A stretch of 64,000 nt of DNA, from contig JBJMOW010000005.1 of the NCBI GenBank assembly GCA_045803545.1, positions 992,001-1,056,000 on the forward strand, in the 5' to 3' direction. Shown here piece by piece: positions 49,950-60,346 of the stretch. The notes below the pieces were generated by a model. That model made no database searches. It saw nothing but the letters and a program-made list of their open reading frames with translations, and was not told the origin of the DNA. Numbering within the stretch: position 1 is the first letter of the stretch; the number at the start of each line of letters is the position of its first letter. The position numbers were made by a program, and so were the translations under genes. Source of the stretch: Gemmatimonadaceae bacterium (lineage in GTDB: Bacteria > Gemmatimonadota > Gemmatimonadetes > Gemmatimonadales > Gemmatimonadaceae).

Positions 49950-51340
49950 CGGTTCACCATCGCGCCGAGCACATCGTTCGCCTCGATCCAAATCTGCATA
50001 TCCCGTAGCGCACGTTCGGCGAATAGCTCCCGTTTCTTTTTCTTGTCGCGAATCTTTTCGCCGAGATCGTCGAGCAGACCGAAGTTGGCATTCATCGGCT
50101 GAAAATGCGCAGGATCTGCTTCTCGCATGTAGCGATAAAGCGCCCCCAGCATCGTGGTCGGCGGCGGGATCACAGGCTCGTCGCCGTTGAGCAAGCGCGC
50201 GAGGTTGATCCCGGCCAGCAAACCTGTAGCGGACGATTCCGTGTAGCCCTCGACGCCAGTGATCTGGCCAGCGAACAGAATCGTCGGATCGTCTCGAGTC
50301 GACAGATGCGCGCTCAAAGCACCCGGCGAGTTGAGGTAGGAATTCCGATGGATCGATCCGTAGCGGAGAAATTCCGCCTGTTCGAGACCCGGAATCATTC
50401 GCAGCACTCGCTGCTGCTCCGGAATCCGCAGCCGCGTTTGAAAGCCTACGAGGTTCCACATCCGCCCGGCGCGATCTTCCTGACGCAGTTGCACGACAGC
50501 GTACGCTTCGCGCCCAGTCCGCGGATCGCGCAACCCGACCGGCTTCAGTGGGCCAAATCTCATAGTGTCGCGCCCCCGCTTCGCCATCACTTCGACCGGC
50601 ATGCAGCCTTCGAAGTAGGGGACTTCGTCGAATTCATGCCCGTGATACTGATCCGCAGCGATCAGCGCATCGAGAAACGCGTCGTACTTCTCGCGCGACA
50701 TCGGACAGTTGAGATAGGCGCCGACATCGTCCGCGCCATCCATTGTCTCCTTCCCATAACGAGAGGCGCGAAAGACTACGGCGTCATCGATCGATTCCCG
50801 CGCGACGATCGGCGCAATCGCATCGTAGAACGCCAGGGCACCGACTCCGAGCCGTCCGCGAATGGCCTCGGCAAGTTTGTCTGACGTGAGAGGACCGGTT
50901 GCAATAATGCACGGCCCATCCAGCGTCGACACTTCACCGCGGCCTACGGTGATGCGTGGCTCACCAGCAATGCGTTCTGAAACTGTCGACGAGAAAACAT
51001 CGCGGTCGACTGCGAGAGCAGTTCCCGCCTGCACTCGTGCGAGGTCGGCCGCCTCCAGAATGATCGAGCCAAGCAAACGCATTTCCGCCTTGAGGAGTCC
51101 ATGCGCGTTGGTGAGCTCAGTGCTCTTGAAGGTGTTCGAGCACACCAGTTCGGCGAGCTGGTCGGTCTTGTGCGCCGGCGTCGTCACGACCGGCCGCATT
51201 TCCTGGAGCTTTACATCAATCCCGCGCGACGCGAGCTGCCACGCCGCTTCCGACCCGGCGAGCCCGCCCCCCACGACGGTAACGGCGGCCGGCCCGAGTC
51301 GCGCCTCCCGCCTCCCGCTTCCCGCTTCCCGCCGGTTCAC
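49946..51340 (-). CDS. trmFO: Methylenetetrahydrofolate-tRNA(uracil-54) methyltransferase
   Basis: GGGLAGSEAA, ELVCSN, FEGCMP, GFQTRL and GVEGY. Confidence 0.95.
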   Translation of the reverse strand: MNRREAGSGRREARLGPAAVTVVGGGLAGSEAAWQLASRGIDVKLQEMRPVVTTPAHKTDQLAELVCSNTFKSTELTNAHGLLKAEMRLLGSIILEAADLARVQAGTALAVDRDVFSSTVSERIAGEPRITVGRGEVSTLDGPCIIATGPLTSDKLAEAIRGRLGVGALAFYDAIAPIVARESIDDAVVFRASRYGKETMDGADDVGAYLNCPMSREKYDAFLDALIAADQYHGHEFDEVPYFEGCMPVEVMAKRGRDTMRFGPLKPVGLRDPRTGREAYAVVQLRQEDRAGRMWNLVGFQTRLRIPEQQRVLRMIPGLEQAEFLRYGSIHRNSYLNSPGALSAHLSTRDDPTILFAGQITGVEGYTESSATGLLAGINLARLLNGDEPVIPPPTTMLGALYRYMREADPAHFQPMNANFGLLDDLGEKIRDKKKKRELFAERALRDMQIWIEANDVLGAMVNR

Positions 51341-53745
51341 ACTGCCACTGCTTCAGGTTCCGGCGTCGGCGCGACGTCCCACTCGTTCGCGCACTTGATG
51401 CAGCGACGATAGTCGCCGCGCGTCTTGGTGAACTTCGCCTCGGCGCCGACGTAGCCGCATTCCGGGCACTTCTCCGCCACCGGCTTGTCCCACACCACGA
51501 AGTCGCACTTCGGATAGTTGGAGCAGCCGTAGAACGCTTTGCCGCGCTTCTTCGAGCGCCGAACCGCAATGTCGCCGCCATCCTTCGGACACTTCACCCC
51601 CGTCGGCATCGAGCGGGTACCGCGACACTTCGGGAACTTGCTGCAGCCGAGGAATTCGCCGGAGCGACCGTGACGAATGACCATCGGAGCGCCGCACTCG
51701 TGGCAAATCTCGTTGGTCGGCTGGGCGGGCTTGCGATCGCCACGCAGGGGACGCGTGTACTTGCACGCCTTCGGATGATTCTCGCAGGCGAGGAACGGGC
51801 CGAAGAATCCACCGCGCGGAACAAGCTTGCCGCCGCAATCAGGGCAGCGCTCTTTCTCCACGGCGGACAAATCGTGCGCCTCACCAATCAACGCTTCGAT
51901 GTCGGCGCCCTTTACGGATTTATCGAACGGCCCGTAGAAGTCCTTGAGCATCTTGCGCCAGTTCACATCGCCGTCCTCGACCTTGTCGAGATCGGTTTCC
52001 ATGTGCGAGGTGAACCTGACATTGAAGACATCGGGGAAGCTCTTCACCATCACTTTCTCGACCTGGTCGCCGAGCGAAGTCGGGAAGAACCGTCGCTGCT
52101 CGAGATTCGCGTAGCGGCGATCGACAAGGGTCGACACGATCGACGCGTAGGTCGACGGACGGCCGATGCCGAGTCGCTCGAGCTCCTTGACGAGGCTCGC
52201 CTCCGAGAAGCGCGGTGGCGGCTCGGTGAAGTGCTGTGACGGAGTGATCGCCTTGACCGGGATCTCCTCGCCCTTCTGCACGCTCGGGAGCCCCTGCTCT
52301 GCCTCGAGCGGCTTTCCTTCCTCCGCCTCGCGCGATTCCTTGTACAGCTTCTGGTAGCCGTCGAACTTGACCACGCTGCCGGTCGCTCTGAACAGGAAGC
52401 GATCGAACTCGAAATCGATTGTGGTGGTGTCGAAGATCGCCGGAGTCATCTGCGACGCCATGAAGCGCTGCCAGATCAGCTCGTACAGCTTCCACTGATC
52501 TTCCTTGAGAAACTTGCGAACGTGCTCGGGCCTGCGCGTCGGATCCGTGGGGCGAATCGACTCGTGCGCGTCCTGCGCATTCTTCGATTTGCCGTCCGAG
52601 TACAGACGCGGAGCGTCAGGCAAATACTCGGCGCCGTACATCATCTTGATGTAGTCGCGCGCCTGCATCGCTGCCGATGCCGCTACGCGCGTCGAGTCGG
52701 TACGCATGTAGGTGATGAGACCAACCGCACCCTCGTTGCCGAGCTCGATGCCTTCATAGAGATCCTGCGCCAGGCGCATGGTGCGCTTGGAGCCGAAGCC
52801 GAGCTTCTTGGCCGCATCCTGCTGCAGAGTGCTGGTCGTGAACGGCGGCGCCGGATTCTTTCTCCGCTCGCGCCGCTTGATCTCGCTGACCTGGAAAGTC
52901 TTGCGCGATTTCAGCGCGTCGAGAATCGACGTCGCTTCGCGCTCGTTGTTGATGACTGGCTTCTTGCCGTCGAGCAGATGGAGCTTGGCGGTGAACTGCT
53001 GCCCGTCTTCCTCTAGCAGCGCCTCGATCGTCCAGTACTCGACCGGCTTGAACGCGCGAATTTCTCTTTCTCTCTCGACCAGCAGACGCAGCGCGACTGT
53101 CTGCACGCGTCCGGCTGAAATCCCCTTCTTCACCGTCTTCCAGAGAACCGGGCTCGCCTTGTAGCCGACGAGCCGATCGAGCACGCGACGCGCCTGCTGC
53201 GCATCTACCTTCCGCTCGTCGATCTCGCCCGCGTTCTGAATTGCGGTCTGCACCGCATCGCGCGTGATCTCGTGGAACAACACGCGGCGAACCGGTGCCC
53301 CGTTGCGGGACTTGATCTGCTGCGCGACGTGCCAAGCGATGGCTTCGCCTTCGCGATCAGGGTCGGTCGCCAGGAAAATTTCGCGGGACGTGCGCGCCGC
53401 CGATTTCAGCTCGGCGAGAGTCTTTTCTTTCCCGGGGATCGTCACGTACTCCGGCTCAAAGCCGTTCTCGATGTCGATTCCCATCTTTTTTTCGGGGAGA
53501 TCGCGGACGTGACCAATGGTCGCGCGCACGCGATACGCCCGACCGAGGTATTTGCCAATCGTCTTTGCCTTGGCTGGAGATTCGACGATGACGAGCGAAG
53601 TACCACCCGGCTCGCTGCCGTTGCTCTCCTCGATGATCTCGGGCCCTGCCTGCCTGGCTTTTGAAGCGCGCGACGCAGTCTTGGTCGCCCGTTTCGTCTT
53701 AGCCGGTGTTTTCGATGTTGCTTTAGTTGTCTTGGCTCGCGCCAT
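51337..53745 (-). CDS. topA: DNA topoisomerase I with C-terminal zinc ribbons
   Basis: IVESPAKAKT, DPDREGE, SAGRVQ, ITYMRTD and GIGRPST. Confidence 0.96.
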   Translation of the reverse strand: MARAKTTKATSKTPAKTKRATKTASRASKARQAGPEIIEESNGSEPGGTSLVIVESPAKAKTIGKYLGRAYRVRATIGHVRDLPEKKMGIDIENGFEPEYVTIPGKEKTLAELKSAARTSREIFLATDPDREGEAIAWHVAQQIKSRNGAPVRRVLFHEITRDAVQTAIQNAGEIDERKVDAQQARRVLDRLVGYKASPVLWKTVKKGISAGRVQTVALRLLVEREREIRAFKPVEYWTIEALLEEDGQQFTAKLHLLDGKKPVINNEREATSILDALKSRKTFQVSEIKRRERRKNPAPPFTTSTLQQDAAKKLGFGSKRTMRLAQDLYEGIELGNEGAVGLITYMRTDSTRVAASAAMQARDYIKMMYGAEYLPDAPRLYSDGKSKNAQDAHESIRPTDPTRRPEHVRKFLKEDQWKLYELIWQRFMASQMTPAIFDTTTIDFEFDRFLFRATGSVVKFDGYQKLYKESREAEEGKPLEAEQGLPSVQKGEEIPVKAITPSQHFTEPPPRFSEASLVKELERLGIGRPSTYASIVSTLVDRRYANLEQRRFFPTSLGDQVEKVMVKSFPDVFNVRFTSHMETDLDKVEDGDVNWRKMLKDFYGPFDKSVKGADIEALIGEAHDLSAVEKERCPDCGGKLVPRGGFFGPFLACENHPKACKYTRPLRGDRKPAQPTNEICHECGAPMVIRHGRSGEFLGCSKFPKCRGTRSMPTGVKCPKDGGDIAVRRSKKRGKAFYGCSNYPKCDFVVWDKPVAEKCPECGYVGAEAKFTKTRGDYRRCIKCANEWDVAPTPEPEAVAV

Positions 53746-53749
53746 TTTT

Positions 53750-54016
53750 TTAGTGTACCGTGTTGTTGTCGCTGCTTCCGGATGAATCTTCCAGACCCGT
53801 TCCTTCGAGCAGGCCGCGCAAATCATCGAGTGCGATGCGTCCATCGAATTGCATCAAAGCGCGCTCGATGATGTGCTCCAGCTCCAGGCCACTAATCGCT
53901 CCCGACCCGCTGAGCGACAGCAGGTGGCCCCACGCCTCGGGCGCAAAACGCCCCCGCTCGTGCGGGCCCATCACGCGAAATGTGGTATGTGAAGGAGTTC
54001 GTTCGTCCATTTCCAC
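53750..54016 (-). CDS. Smg/DUF494-like small protein
   Basis: FRVMGPHERGRF..EA.G.L..L...G....E..IE. Lies upstream of topA. Confidence 0.7.
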   Translation of the reverse strand: MEMDERTPSHTTFRVMGPHERGRFAPEAWGHLLSLSGSGAISGLELEHIIERALMQFDGRIALDDLRGLLEGTGLEDSSGSSDNNTVH

Positions 54017-54020
54017 CCAG

Positions 54021-54572
54021 TCAGCTGTTGGAGATCGAGCCGAGCTCGACCACCTTGGCTATAAGTTGTTGTCTGGCAAGGCGTTCCGTGTCAAAGACAG
54101 CATCTGCTGTCTCGTATAAAGCCCGCCTTTTCTCATACAGTTCCCGAAGCGCTACCACCGGGTCGCGTCCCGCCAGCAAGGGACGCGTCTCCACCCGACG
54201 CAATCGACGAGCGACCGACTCGGGTGACGCTCTAAGGTATATGATACGTCCAGCGGAACGCAAAAGTTCGACAGCGCCCTGCTGAGTAATCCATCCCCCG
54301 CCCGGCGAAAGCACCATTCCCTCGCTGGAGCTCAGCTCACGCGTTAGCTCCAGCTCCATGTCGCGAAACGCATCTTCACCACGAAGCTTGAAGATGTCCC
54401 GCACGTTCATTCCCGCCCGCTTTTCGATCTCGGCGTCGAAATCCAGAAACGGTCGTCCCAGCTGACGCGCCGCCGCCTTTCCAATCGTCGTTTTTCCAAC
54501 TCCAGGAAGCCCGACGAGGATCAGATGCGGCAAAGAGTTTCTAACGGCCCTTTCTGTCACTGAGCGCCGCAA
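54021..54572 (-). CDS. aroK: Shikimate kinase
   Basis: GLPGVGKT, GEDAFR, GGG and RPLL. Confidence 0.92.
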   Translation of the reverse strand: MRRSVTERAVRNSLPHLILVGLPGVGKTTIGKAAARQLGRPFLDFDAEIEKRAGMNVRDIFKLRGEDAFRDMELELTRELSSSEGMVLSPGGGWITQQGAVELLRSAGRIIYLRASPESVARRLRRVETRPLLAGRDPVVALRELYEKRRALYETADAVFDTERLARQQLIAKVVELGSISNS

Positions 54573-55737
54573 TGTAACTGGAGTAGTTCCGCTTTGTCTC
54601 GACGAGCGAGTCGCCGCCGAACTTCTCGAGAAACGCCTGCGCCACGATGAATGCTGTCATCGACTCGGCGATTACTCCCATCGCTGGAACTGCCGTGACA
54701 TCACTTCGTTCCGCGACTGCCTGGGCCTGCTCGCGCGTCTTCATCTCGATGGTTCCGAGTGGACGCATTAGCGTGCTGATCGGCTTCATCGACACATGGA
54801 GTAGGATCTGCTCGCCGTTGGTGATGCCGCCCTCGAGCCCGCCCGCCCGATTGGTGCGACGGCGCACGCGACCGGCTTTGACGTTTTTTTCGTCGGGATC
54901 GATCTCGTCGTGAACGTCGGATCCCTTTCGCTTTGCCGCCTCGACGCCGAGTCCGATCTCGACCGCTTTCACCGCGGGTATCGACATTAGAGCGGCTGCC
55001 AGGCGCCCATCGAGCTTGCGATCCCACGAGACGTGCGAGCCGAGTCCGACCGGTACTCCGTCGCAGATGACCTCGGCGATTCCGCCGAGTGTGTTCCCGT
55101 CAGCCTTGGCGGTGTCGATGCGTGCGATCATTTCTTTTTCGGCGTCCGCATCCAGGGTGCGCAACTGCGATTGGTCTGCGGCCGCGTTCAGGTCCCCGGG
55201 CATCTTTCCCGGCCGCTTCGCGTCGACACCACCGAGATGAACTATGTGACTGCCGAGCGTGATGTCGAACTCGCGAAGGAATCGCTTGCAGATCGCGCCG
55301 CCGGCGACGCGAGCGGTCGTCTCCCGTGCCGACGCGCGCTCCAGCACGTCGCGAGCGTCATCACGGTCGTACTTGAGCATGCCGGAGAGGTCGACGTGTC
55401 CGGGGCGCGGACGAGTGACCACTCGTTTTCGCTCCGGATCGCCCTCACGCGGCGCAGGATCCATGATCTCCTGCCAGTTCTTCCAGTCGCGATTGTGAAT
55501 GATCATCGCGATCGGTGAGCCAAGCGTCTGGCCGGCCCGGACGCCCGAGAGGAACTCGATGTGGTCCGACTCGATCTTCATGCGTCTGCCTCGCCCGTAG
55601 CCCTGCTGGCGGCGTCCCAGCTCGACGTCAACGTCCCCGGCGACAAGCGGCAGTCCGGCCACCATTCCTTCGAGAATGGAGATGAGTGCTGGACCGTGTG
55701 ATTCGCCGGCGGTAGTGATTCGGAGCATCGGCCCCAA
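54541..55737 (-). CDS. aroC: Chorismate synthase
   Basis: TAGESHG, RPGH, ERASARET, GGLEGG and ERSD. Confidence 0.96.
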   Translation of the reverse strand: MGPMLRITTAGESHGPALISILEGMVAGLPLVAGDVDVELGRRQQGYGRGRRMKIESDHIEFLSGVRAGQTLGSPIAMIIHNRDWKNWQEIMDPAPREGDPERKRVVTRPRPGHVDLSGMLKYDRDDARDVLERASARETTARVAGGAICKRFLREFDITLGSHIVHLGGVDAKRPGKMPGDLNAAADQSQLRTLDADAEKEMIARIDTAKADGNTLGGIAEVICDGVPVGLGSHVSWDRKLDGRLAAALMSIPAVKAVEIGLGVEAAKRKGSDVHDEIDPDEKNVKAGRVRRRTNRAGGLEGGITNGEQILLHVSMKPISTLMRPLGTIEMKTREQAQAVAERSDVTAVPAMGVIAESMTAFIVAQAFLEKFGGDSLVETKRNYSSYIAALSDRKGR

Positions 55738-55794
55738 AGAGAACCACGAGCGTGCGCTGGGACAACCCCCGCCGTGCCGACGCCATACAAAAGC

Positions 55795-55824
55795 AAAAGG
55801 CCCGACCGATTGGCCGGGCCTTTT
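55795..55824 (-). terminator. Intrinsic terminator of the pil operon (possibly bidirectional)
   Basis: AAAAGGCCCGACC-GATT-GGCCGGGCCTTTT. Confidence 0.8.
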
Positions 55825-55841
55825 GAACGAGCTTTAATCGA

Positions 55842-58277
55842 TTACGGGCAGGTTGTGGTAAAGGTGTTCGGAAGCTGTGCGATTACCACGCCCTTCGCGG
55901 TCGCTCCGACGAGCACCAGCTGTCCGCTGGGTCGCAGTGCGGCCGTGACCGGACCGATGATCGGGTCTCTGATCGGAATGGTTCCGACTCTGAGATAGCA
56001 GTTCGTGTCGTAGATCTCGATCAACGGCTCCGACGACGCGGCGAACACGAGTCGGGTGTTGAGCGGGAACGAATTTGAGCCGGTGTTCTGCGGGTGGAAG
56101 TCGAGTCCCGCGTTGCTGGCGGTGGTGTTGAAGATACCCATCAACCGCAGCGCCGGGTTCAGCACGTAGGTCGAGTCAGCACGGATCGCCGACAGGCCAC
56201 CGTCGAAGTTGATCGCGACACCGAACAGTCTCGCCGACGTATTGGCGATGAAGTCGGAGACGTCAACCGGCGGTGAGACACCGAGGTCGATCCACCATTC
56301 CGTCGCGTCATAGCCACGCTCGACGTCGTACATCATGGCGCGGCTGTTGACGACACTGCCACCTTCGCCGAATACCGAGCGGTGGAAGTCGCCCGAGCTC
56401 CGCACGAATGTCGTATCTCGGAATGCCAGCGATTGCGCTCTGACGACCGTCGAGCCGAGGGGACTGAACGCCGGTACAATAATGACTTGTCCAACGCCAT
56501 CTGCATCCCGGCGGAGGATTTCCAAAGTATCACCGCGAGCGCCGGCCTGACCGATCGCCTGCTCGAAGAAGAAGTGTGACGTCGTCGAATCGGAGTGACC
56601 GGCGGGCGTGACACCCTTGGTCAGGTTCTCCCAGCGCAGCGTTCCATTGAGATTGTCGAACGGCGGCGTCTGTCCAGGCGTCGGTGTCGTCGAGTACGTC
56701 AGGATCACGTCCTGACAAACTCCACCAACCTGATGACAGGTCGCACCGATGTATTGCGGACGATCGCTGAAGTCATAGACCGTACGCACTCTGATTGGCA
56801 GACCGCTGGTCGCTGACGTCGTCGTCGTGATTGTTGCTACGATGAGGTTCGGCAGCAGATAGCGGAACACTTCGAGACCGCTGCCGCTCGCTCCCGCATC
56901 GAGATCGATGTAGCTGATTTGCGTACCGCCGGAATTGGCAACGAGCAGCGTGTCGCCCTTGGTTCCATTACGATCGCGTGGCCACGCGCTGATACCCCAC
57001 GGGCGCGAGCCCACGATAACCGGTGCTTTGAACGAAGAGTCGGCCAAATTGAAGACTTCGACTCTGTTCTTCGTGATATTCGTGAGGTAGAGGCGATCCT
57101 TGCCCGGATGGTACAGAGCATCGGCAACCTGTCCGCCGAACGGCAGCGAGCGTGTGACACCCGCCACTACGGTTACAGTGTCGACACGATCGAGACCGCT
57201 GGCCAGCTTGGCATAGGCTCTCACGCCGTTTGAATTGCGCGCGAAGACCTGGATGTAGGCGGTCGTCGGGAAGGTCGTGTACGGCAGCCTCATCGTGAAG
57301 GTGTGCGGCTGGAACGTCAACTGACCGTTCGAGACAAACGTCGACGAGTCGTCGATCGCTCCGCCCGGTGTGCTTCTGACTTCATAACCGAGCTGCGAGA
57401 TCCCGCTTGGGTCATCAGCTTCGACGTGCACGGTGTCCGTGACCTCGACGCGACGCACGTGACCGCATGCGTTGTCATACGCGGAGTTACCGATGCAATA
57501 CTGGTTGACCACCGGCACCGAGTTGATCTGCGCCGCGGTCTGAACGTTGATGGTGATGCTTGGACCAACTGCCCGCTGTCCGAGCGAGTCGCGCAGGAAC
57601 GGCGTGATAGTAAGCGTACCAGGCGCTGCATTGGCCGGTATCGCGATGGTATCCTGCATGGTGGTCGAATCGAGCAGCGGACTCGCGAACAGCACCGAGT
57701 CGGCGCGGACGACAGGACCAGTCGAATTCAATCCGAGTGACATTACCTTCGTCGCCGCCTTGCCCATCACGGTGACCAGGATCGACTTGCCGACGACCGC
57801 GGAGCTGCCCGAGAATGGACTCAGGACCTGCACCTGCGGGGGCGGCAGGTTTCCCGTCGCCATAATCAGGGTGTCGACGCCAGACGTGTTTCCGGCGCCG
57901 TCGATCGCCTGAGCGGTGATCGTGACCGGCGTTCCCGGTGGAACCGTGCGGCTTGCAAACAGCGTGAACGGCAACTGAATGTCAGTAACCGTGCTGGTGA
58001 AGGTCGTGTCGAAGACTGCGCCGACGGCTCCGATCGCCTGAACGTGGATGGTCTTCAGGCCGAGGTTGTCCTTCGCCTCGGTGTTGAAGCCAATCACCGT
58101 ATCAGCGAGGCCGGTGCGGGGAGTAAGCGAGAGTGTGGGCGGAATGCGGTCTCTTAGCGGATCGATCGACGTGTTGTCATTGCACGCGACGATTCCGAAA
58201 GACACCGACGCCGCAACCGCGGCTACTACAAAACCGCGGCGCAGGACGCCGAAAGGAGCTTTATACATGCGAGTCAC
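55842..58277 (-). CDS. Large lipoprotein with Ig-like repeats and C-terminal beta-propeller
   Basis: IVAC lipobox, A.D.AGN Ig-like motif, and RLYLTN...RVEVF / VGSRPWG / LLVANSG propeller blades. Confidence 0.8.
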   Translation of the reverse strand: MTRMYKAPFGVLRRGFVVAAVAASVSFGIVACNDNTSIDPLRDRIPPTLSLTPRTGLADTVIGFNTEAKDNLGLKTIHVQAIGAVGAVFDTTFTSTVTDIQLPFTLFASRTVPPGTPVTITAQAIDGAGNTSGVDTLIMATGNLPPPQVQVLSPFSGSSAVVGKSILVTVMGKAATKVMSLGLNSTGPVVRADSVLFASPLLDSTTMQDTIAIPANAAPGTLTITPFLRDSLGQRAVGPSITINVQTAAQINSVPVVNQYCIGNSAYDNACGHVRRVEVTDTVHVEADDPSGISQLGYEVRSTPGGAIDDSSTFVSNGQLTFQPHTFTMRLPYTTFPTTAYIQVFARNSNGVRAYAKLASGLDRVDTVTVVAGVTRSLPFGGQVADALYHPGKDRLYLTNITKNRVEVFNLADSSFKAPVIVGSRPWGISAWPRDRNGTKGDTLLVANSGGTQISYIDLDAGASGSGLEVFRYLLPNLIVATITTTTSATSGLPIRVRTVYDFSDRPQYIGATCHQVGGVCQDVILTYSTTPTPGQTPPFDNLNGTLRWENLTKGVTPAGHSDSTTSHFFFEQAIGQAGARGDTLEILRRDADGVGQVIIVPAFSPLGSTVVRAQSLAFRDTTFVRSSGDFHRSVFGEGGSVVNSRAMMYDVERGYDATEWWIDLGVSPPVDVSDFIANTSARLFGVAINFDGGLSAIRADSTYVLNPALRLMGIFNTTASNAGLDFHPQNTGSNSFPLNTRLVFAASSEPLIEIYDTNCYLRVGTIPIRDPIIGPVTAALRPSGQLVLVGATAKGVVIAQLPNTFTTTCP

Positions 58278-58279
58278 CT

Positions 58280-60346
58280 TTAACGGGTGGCTGGTGGCGG
58301 GGACGACGAGCCGGGTAGCGGCGCGCCATCATCGACGATGTGAGGAGTTACGAGGATCAGAAGATCACGCTTTTCGTCCTGGGTACGCGTCTCGCCGAAG
58401 AGTCTGCCGATCAATGGCAGGTCGACGAGCAGCGGAATACCCGACTTGGATTGCGTGGTCTGAGTGACGGTCAGACCGCCGATAACGGCGGTCTCGCCGT
58501 CGCCGACGAGGAGCTGAGTGTCGCCCGCCTGCTTGCCGAAGATGTAGCCGGCATCTGACGACGCGAGCTGGGCATCCGAGTTCTCGGCGTGGAGCAGGAG
58601 GAGGATCTGACGGTTGTTGGTGATATGAGGCGTCACCGTGAGGATGATACCGACCTGCTTCATCTGCACCGTCGCGCGTGGCTGCGCCGCGGGGTTGGCA
58701 CCACCCGACAGGTTCGCTGTGTTCGCGTCGAGCACGCGGATCGGAATTTCCTGACCGACCTGGATCGAGGCTTGTCGGTTGTCGAGCGTCACGATGCTCG
58801 GCTCGGCCTGAAGATCGGCGAGGCGAACTTCCTGCAACGCGTCGAGGAAGCTGGTGAGCTGGAACTTGCCGAGCGCCGTCGAGAAAATGACGCTGAGCGC
58901 CGGATTGATGACTCGTGAGTTTGCGTTCGCGATCGCCGACAGCGCGTTTCCGCCGAGCAGAATTCTGTCACCGTTGAAAGGCGTGCCGCCACCGAGGGCA
59001 TCGGGAACTCCGTCGCCGTTGGTGTCGATTGGCTTGAGGGTCGAAGGATCCGGACGCTTGATAAGCTGACTGAAGAATTGATCGGTGCCCGTGCCGAGAT
59101 CGTACGAGAGGCCGATGTCTTCAATGTTGGTTCTGTTGACGAAGATGATCTTGGCCTTGATGCCGACCTGCGGGGTGCGAATGTCGAGGTTGCGCACATA
59201 CTGCAGGACGTCGGTCAGGCGCGAAGCCGTCTCGGTGATGATCAAGGTGTTGGTGACACTGTCAGCCGCAACGAGACCGCGTGCAACGCAGTTCGGACGG
59301 CCGAAGCTCACGACGTTCGGGCTGGACGGAGCGCCACCCAGGCCGGTGCCTTGCGGGCAATCTTTCTGGAGAAGCTGCTGAATCGTCGGCACCAGCGCGC
59401 TTGCACGCGCGTAGTTGATCGAGACCAGCTGCGTCTGCAGCGGCTCCGACGCCTGGCGGTTCAGAATGTTGGAGTAGCTGTCGACGGTGATGATTCCGGA
59501 GATCACATCTTCCGAGGCTGCCAGGCCCTGGCCCTGGAGGATCGCGCGGAGCGCGACGTCCCACGGCTGGTTTCTGACTTCGGCGGTGACCGTTCCGTTG
59601 ACATCCTTGCCGACGACGATCGTGCGTCCCGAGAATGCGGCGAACGATGCGATCACGTCACGAATGTCGGTGTCCTGGAACGTGACGGTGATCGGCGGCT
59701 GCTGTGACTGCTGAACCTGCGAGAAGAGCGCGATCGGCTTGTCGCTGGTTGACGCTCTGCGCGTCGGCAGCGGCTCCGGCTCGACGGCAACCGGTGCGGG
59801 ATCGTCCTGTGCGTCGGCCTGTTGAGAGGTCTGCGCTGCTGTCTGGATAGTTTGGGTCGGGATCTGACGCGCCGGTGCGGGTGACGCCGTGTACTGTCTA
59901 GGAGCTGGCTTCGGTGCGACTGTGGCCGCCGCATAACTGCGACGCGACGTGGTCGCCCACGAGCTGTATTCGGCGGTCTTGCCACCGGTCACCGCGACGC
60001 GAACTTCGTTCGCGTTGCGCTTCACTTCATATGGATGCTTCGCGTCCAGCTCGATGACGACGCGGACGATGTTCGGACGGTATTGCGAGTATCTGACGTT
60101 GGTGATGCCGCCGCGCGAGACCATGTCGTAGGTCCGGTGCGACATGTCGAGCGTTGCTCCTTTGAGATCCACCACAACTCGAGCGGGCGCGTCGAGTGTG
60201 AAGTCCTGCACATCGACGGCGGAATTTACGCCGATCACCACTTCAGCCTTCCCGGATGACGGGACTACGCTGAGCGAGTGAACGGTTGCAGCCGTGGAGG
60301 GCAGAAACAGGAGCGCCGCCGCTGGCAGCGCTTTCAACAAACTCAT
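58280..60346 (-). CDS. pilQ: Type IV pilus secretin with AMIN domain
   Basis: FTL..PARVVVD AMIN, VTFQDTDIRDV, PWD.AL, DGETAVIGG and LLILVTP. Confidence 0.93.
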   Translation of the reverse strand: MSLLKALPAAALLFLPSTAATVHSLSVVPSSGKAEVVIGVNSAVDVQDFTLDAPARVVVDLKGATLDMSHRTYDMVSRGGITNVRYSQYRPNIVRVVIELDAKHPYEVKRNANEVRVAVTGGKTAEYSSWATTSRRSYAAATVAPKPAPRQYTASPAPARQIPTQTIQTAAQTSQQADAQDDPAPVAVEPEPLPTRRASTSDKPIALFSQVQQSQQPPITVTFQDTDIRDVIASFAAFSGRTIVVGKDVNGTVTAEVRNQPWDVALRAILQGQGLAASEDVISGIITVDSYSNILNRQASEPLQTQLVSINYARASALVPTIQQLLQKDCPQGTGLGGAPSSPNVVSFGRPNCVARGLVAADSVTNTLIITETASRLTDVLQYVRNLDIRTPQVGIKAKIIFVNRTNIEDIGLSYDLGTGTDQFFSQLIKRPDPSTLKPIDTNGDGVPDALGGGTPFNGDRILLGGNALSAIANANSRVINPALSVIFSTALGKFQLTSFLDALQEVRLADLQAEPSIVTLDNRQASIQVGQEIPIRVLDANTANLSGGANPAAQPRATVQMKQVGIILTVTPHITNNRQILLLLHAENSDAQLASSDAGYIFGKQAGDTQLLVGDGETAVIGGLTVTQTTQSKSGIPLLVDLPLIGRLFGETRTQDEKRDLLILVTPHIVDDGAPLPGSSSPPPATR

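Noticed and set aside
49950..50459. N-terminal extension of XerC
   Set aside because: Alternative-frame overlap with trmFO.
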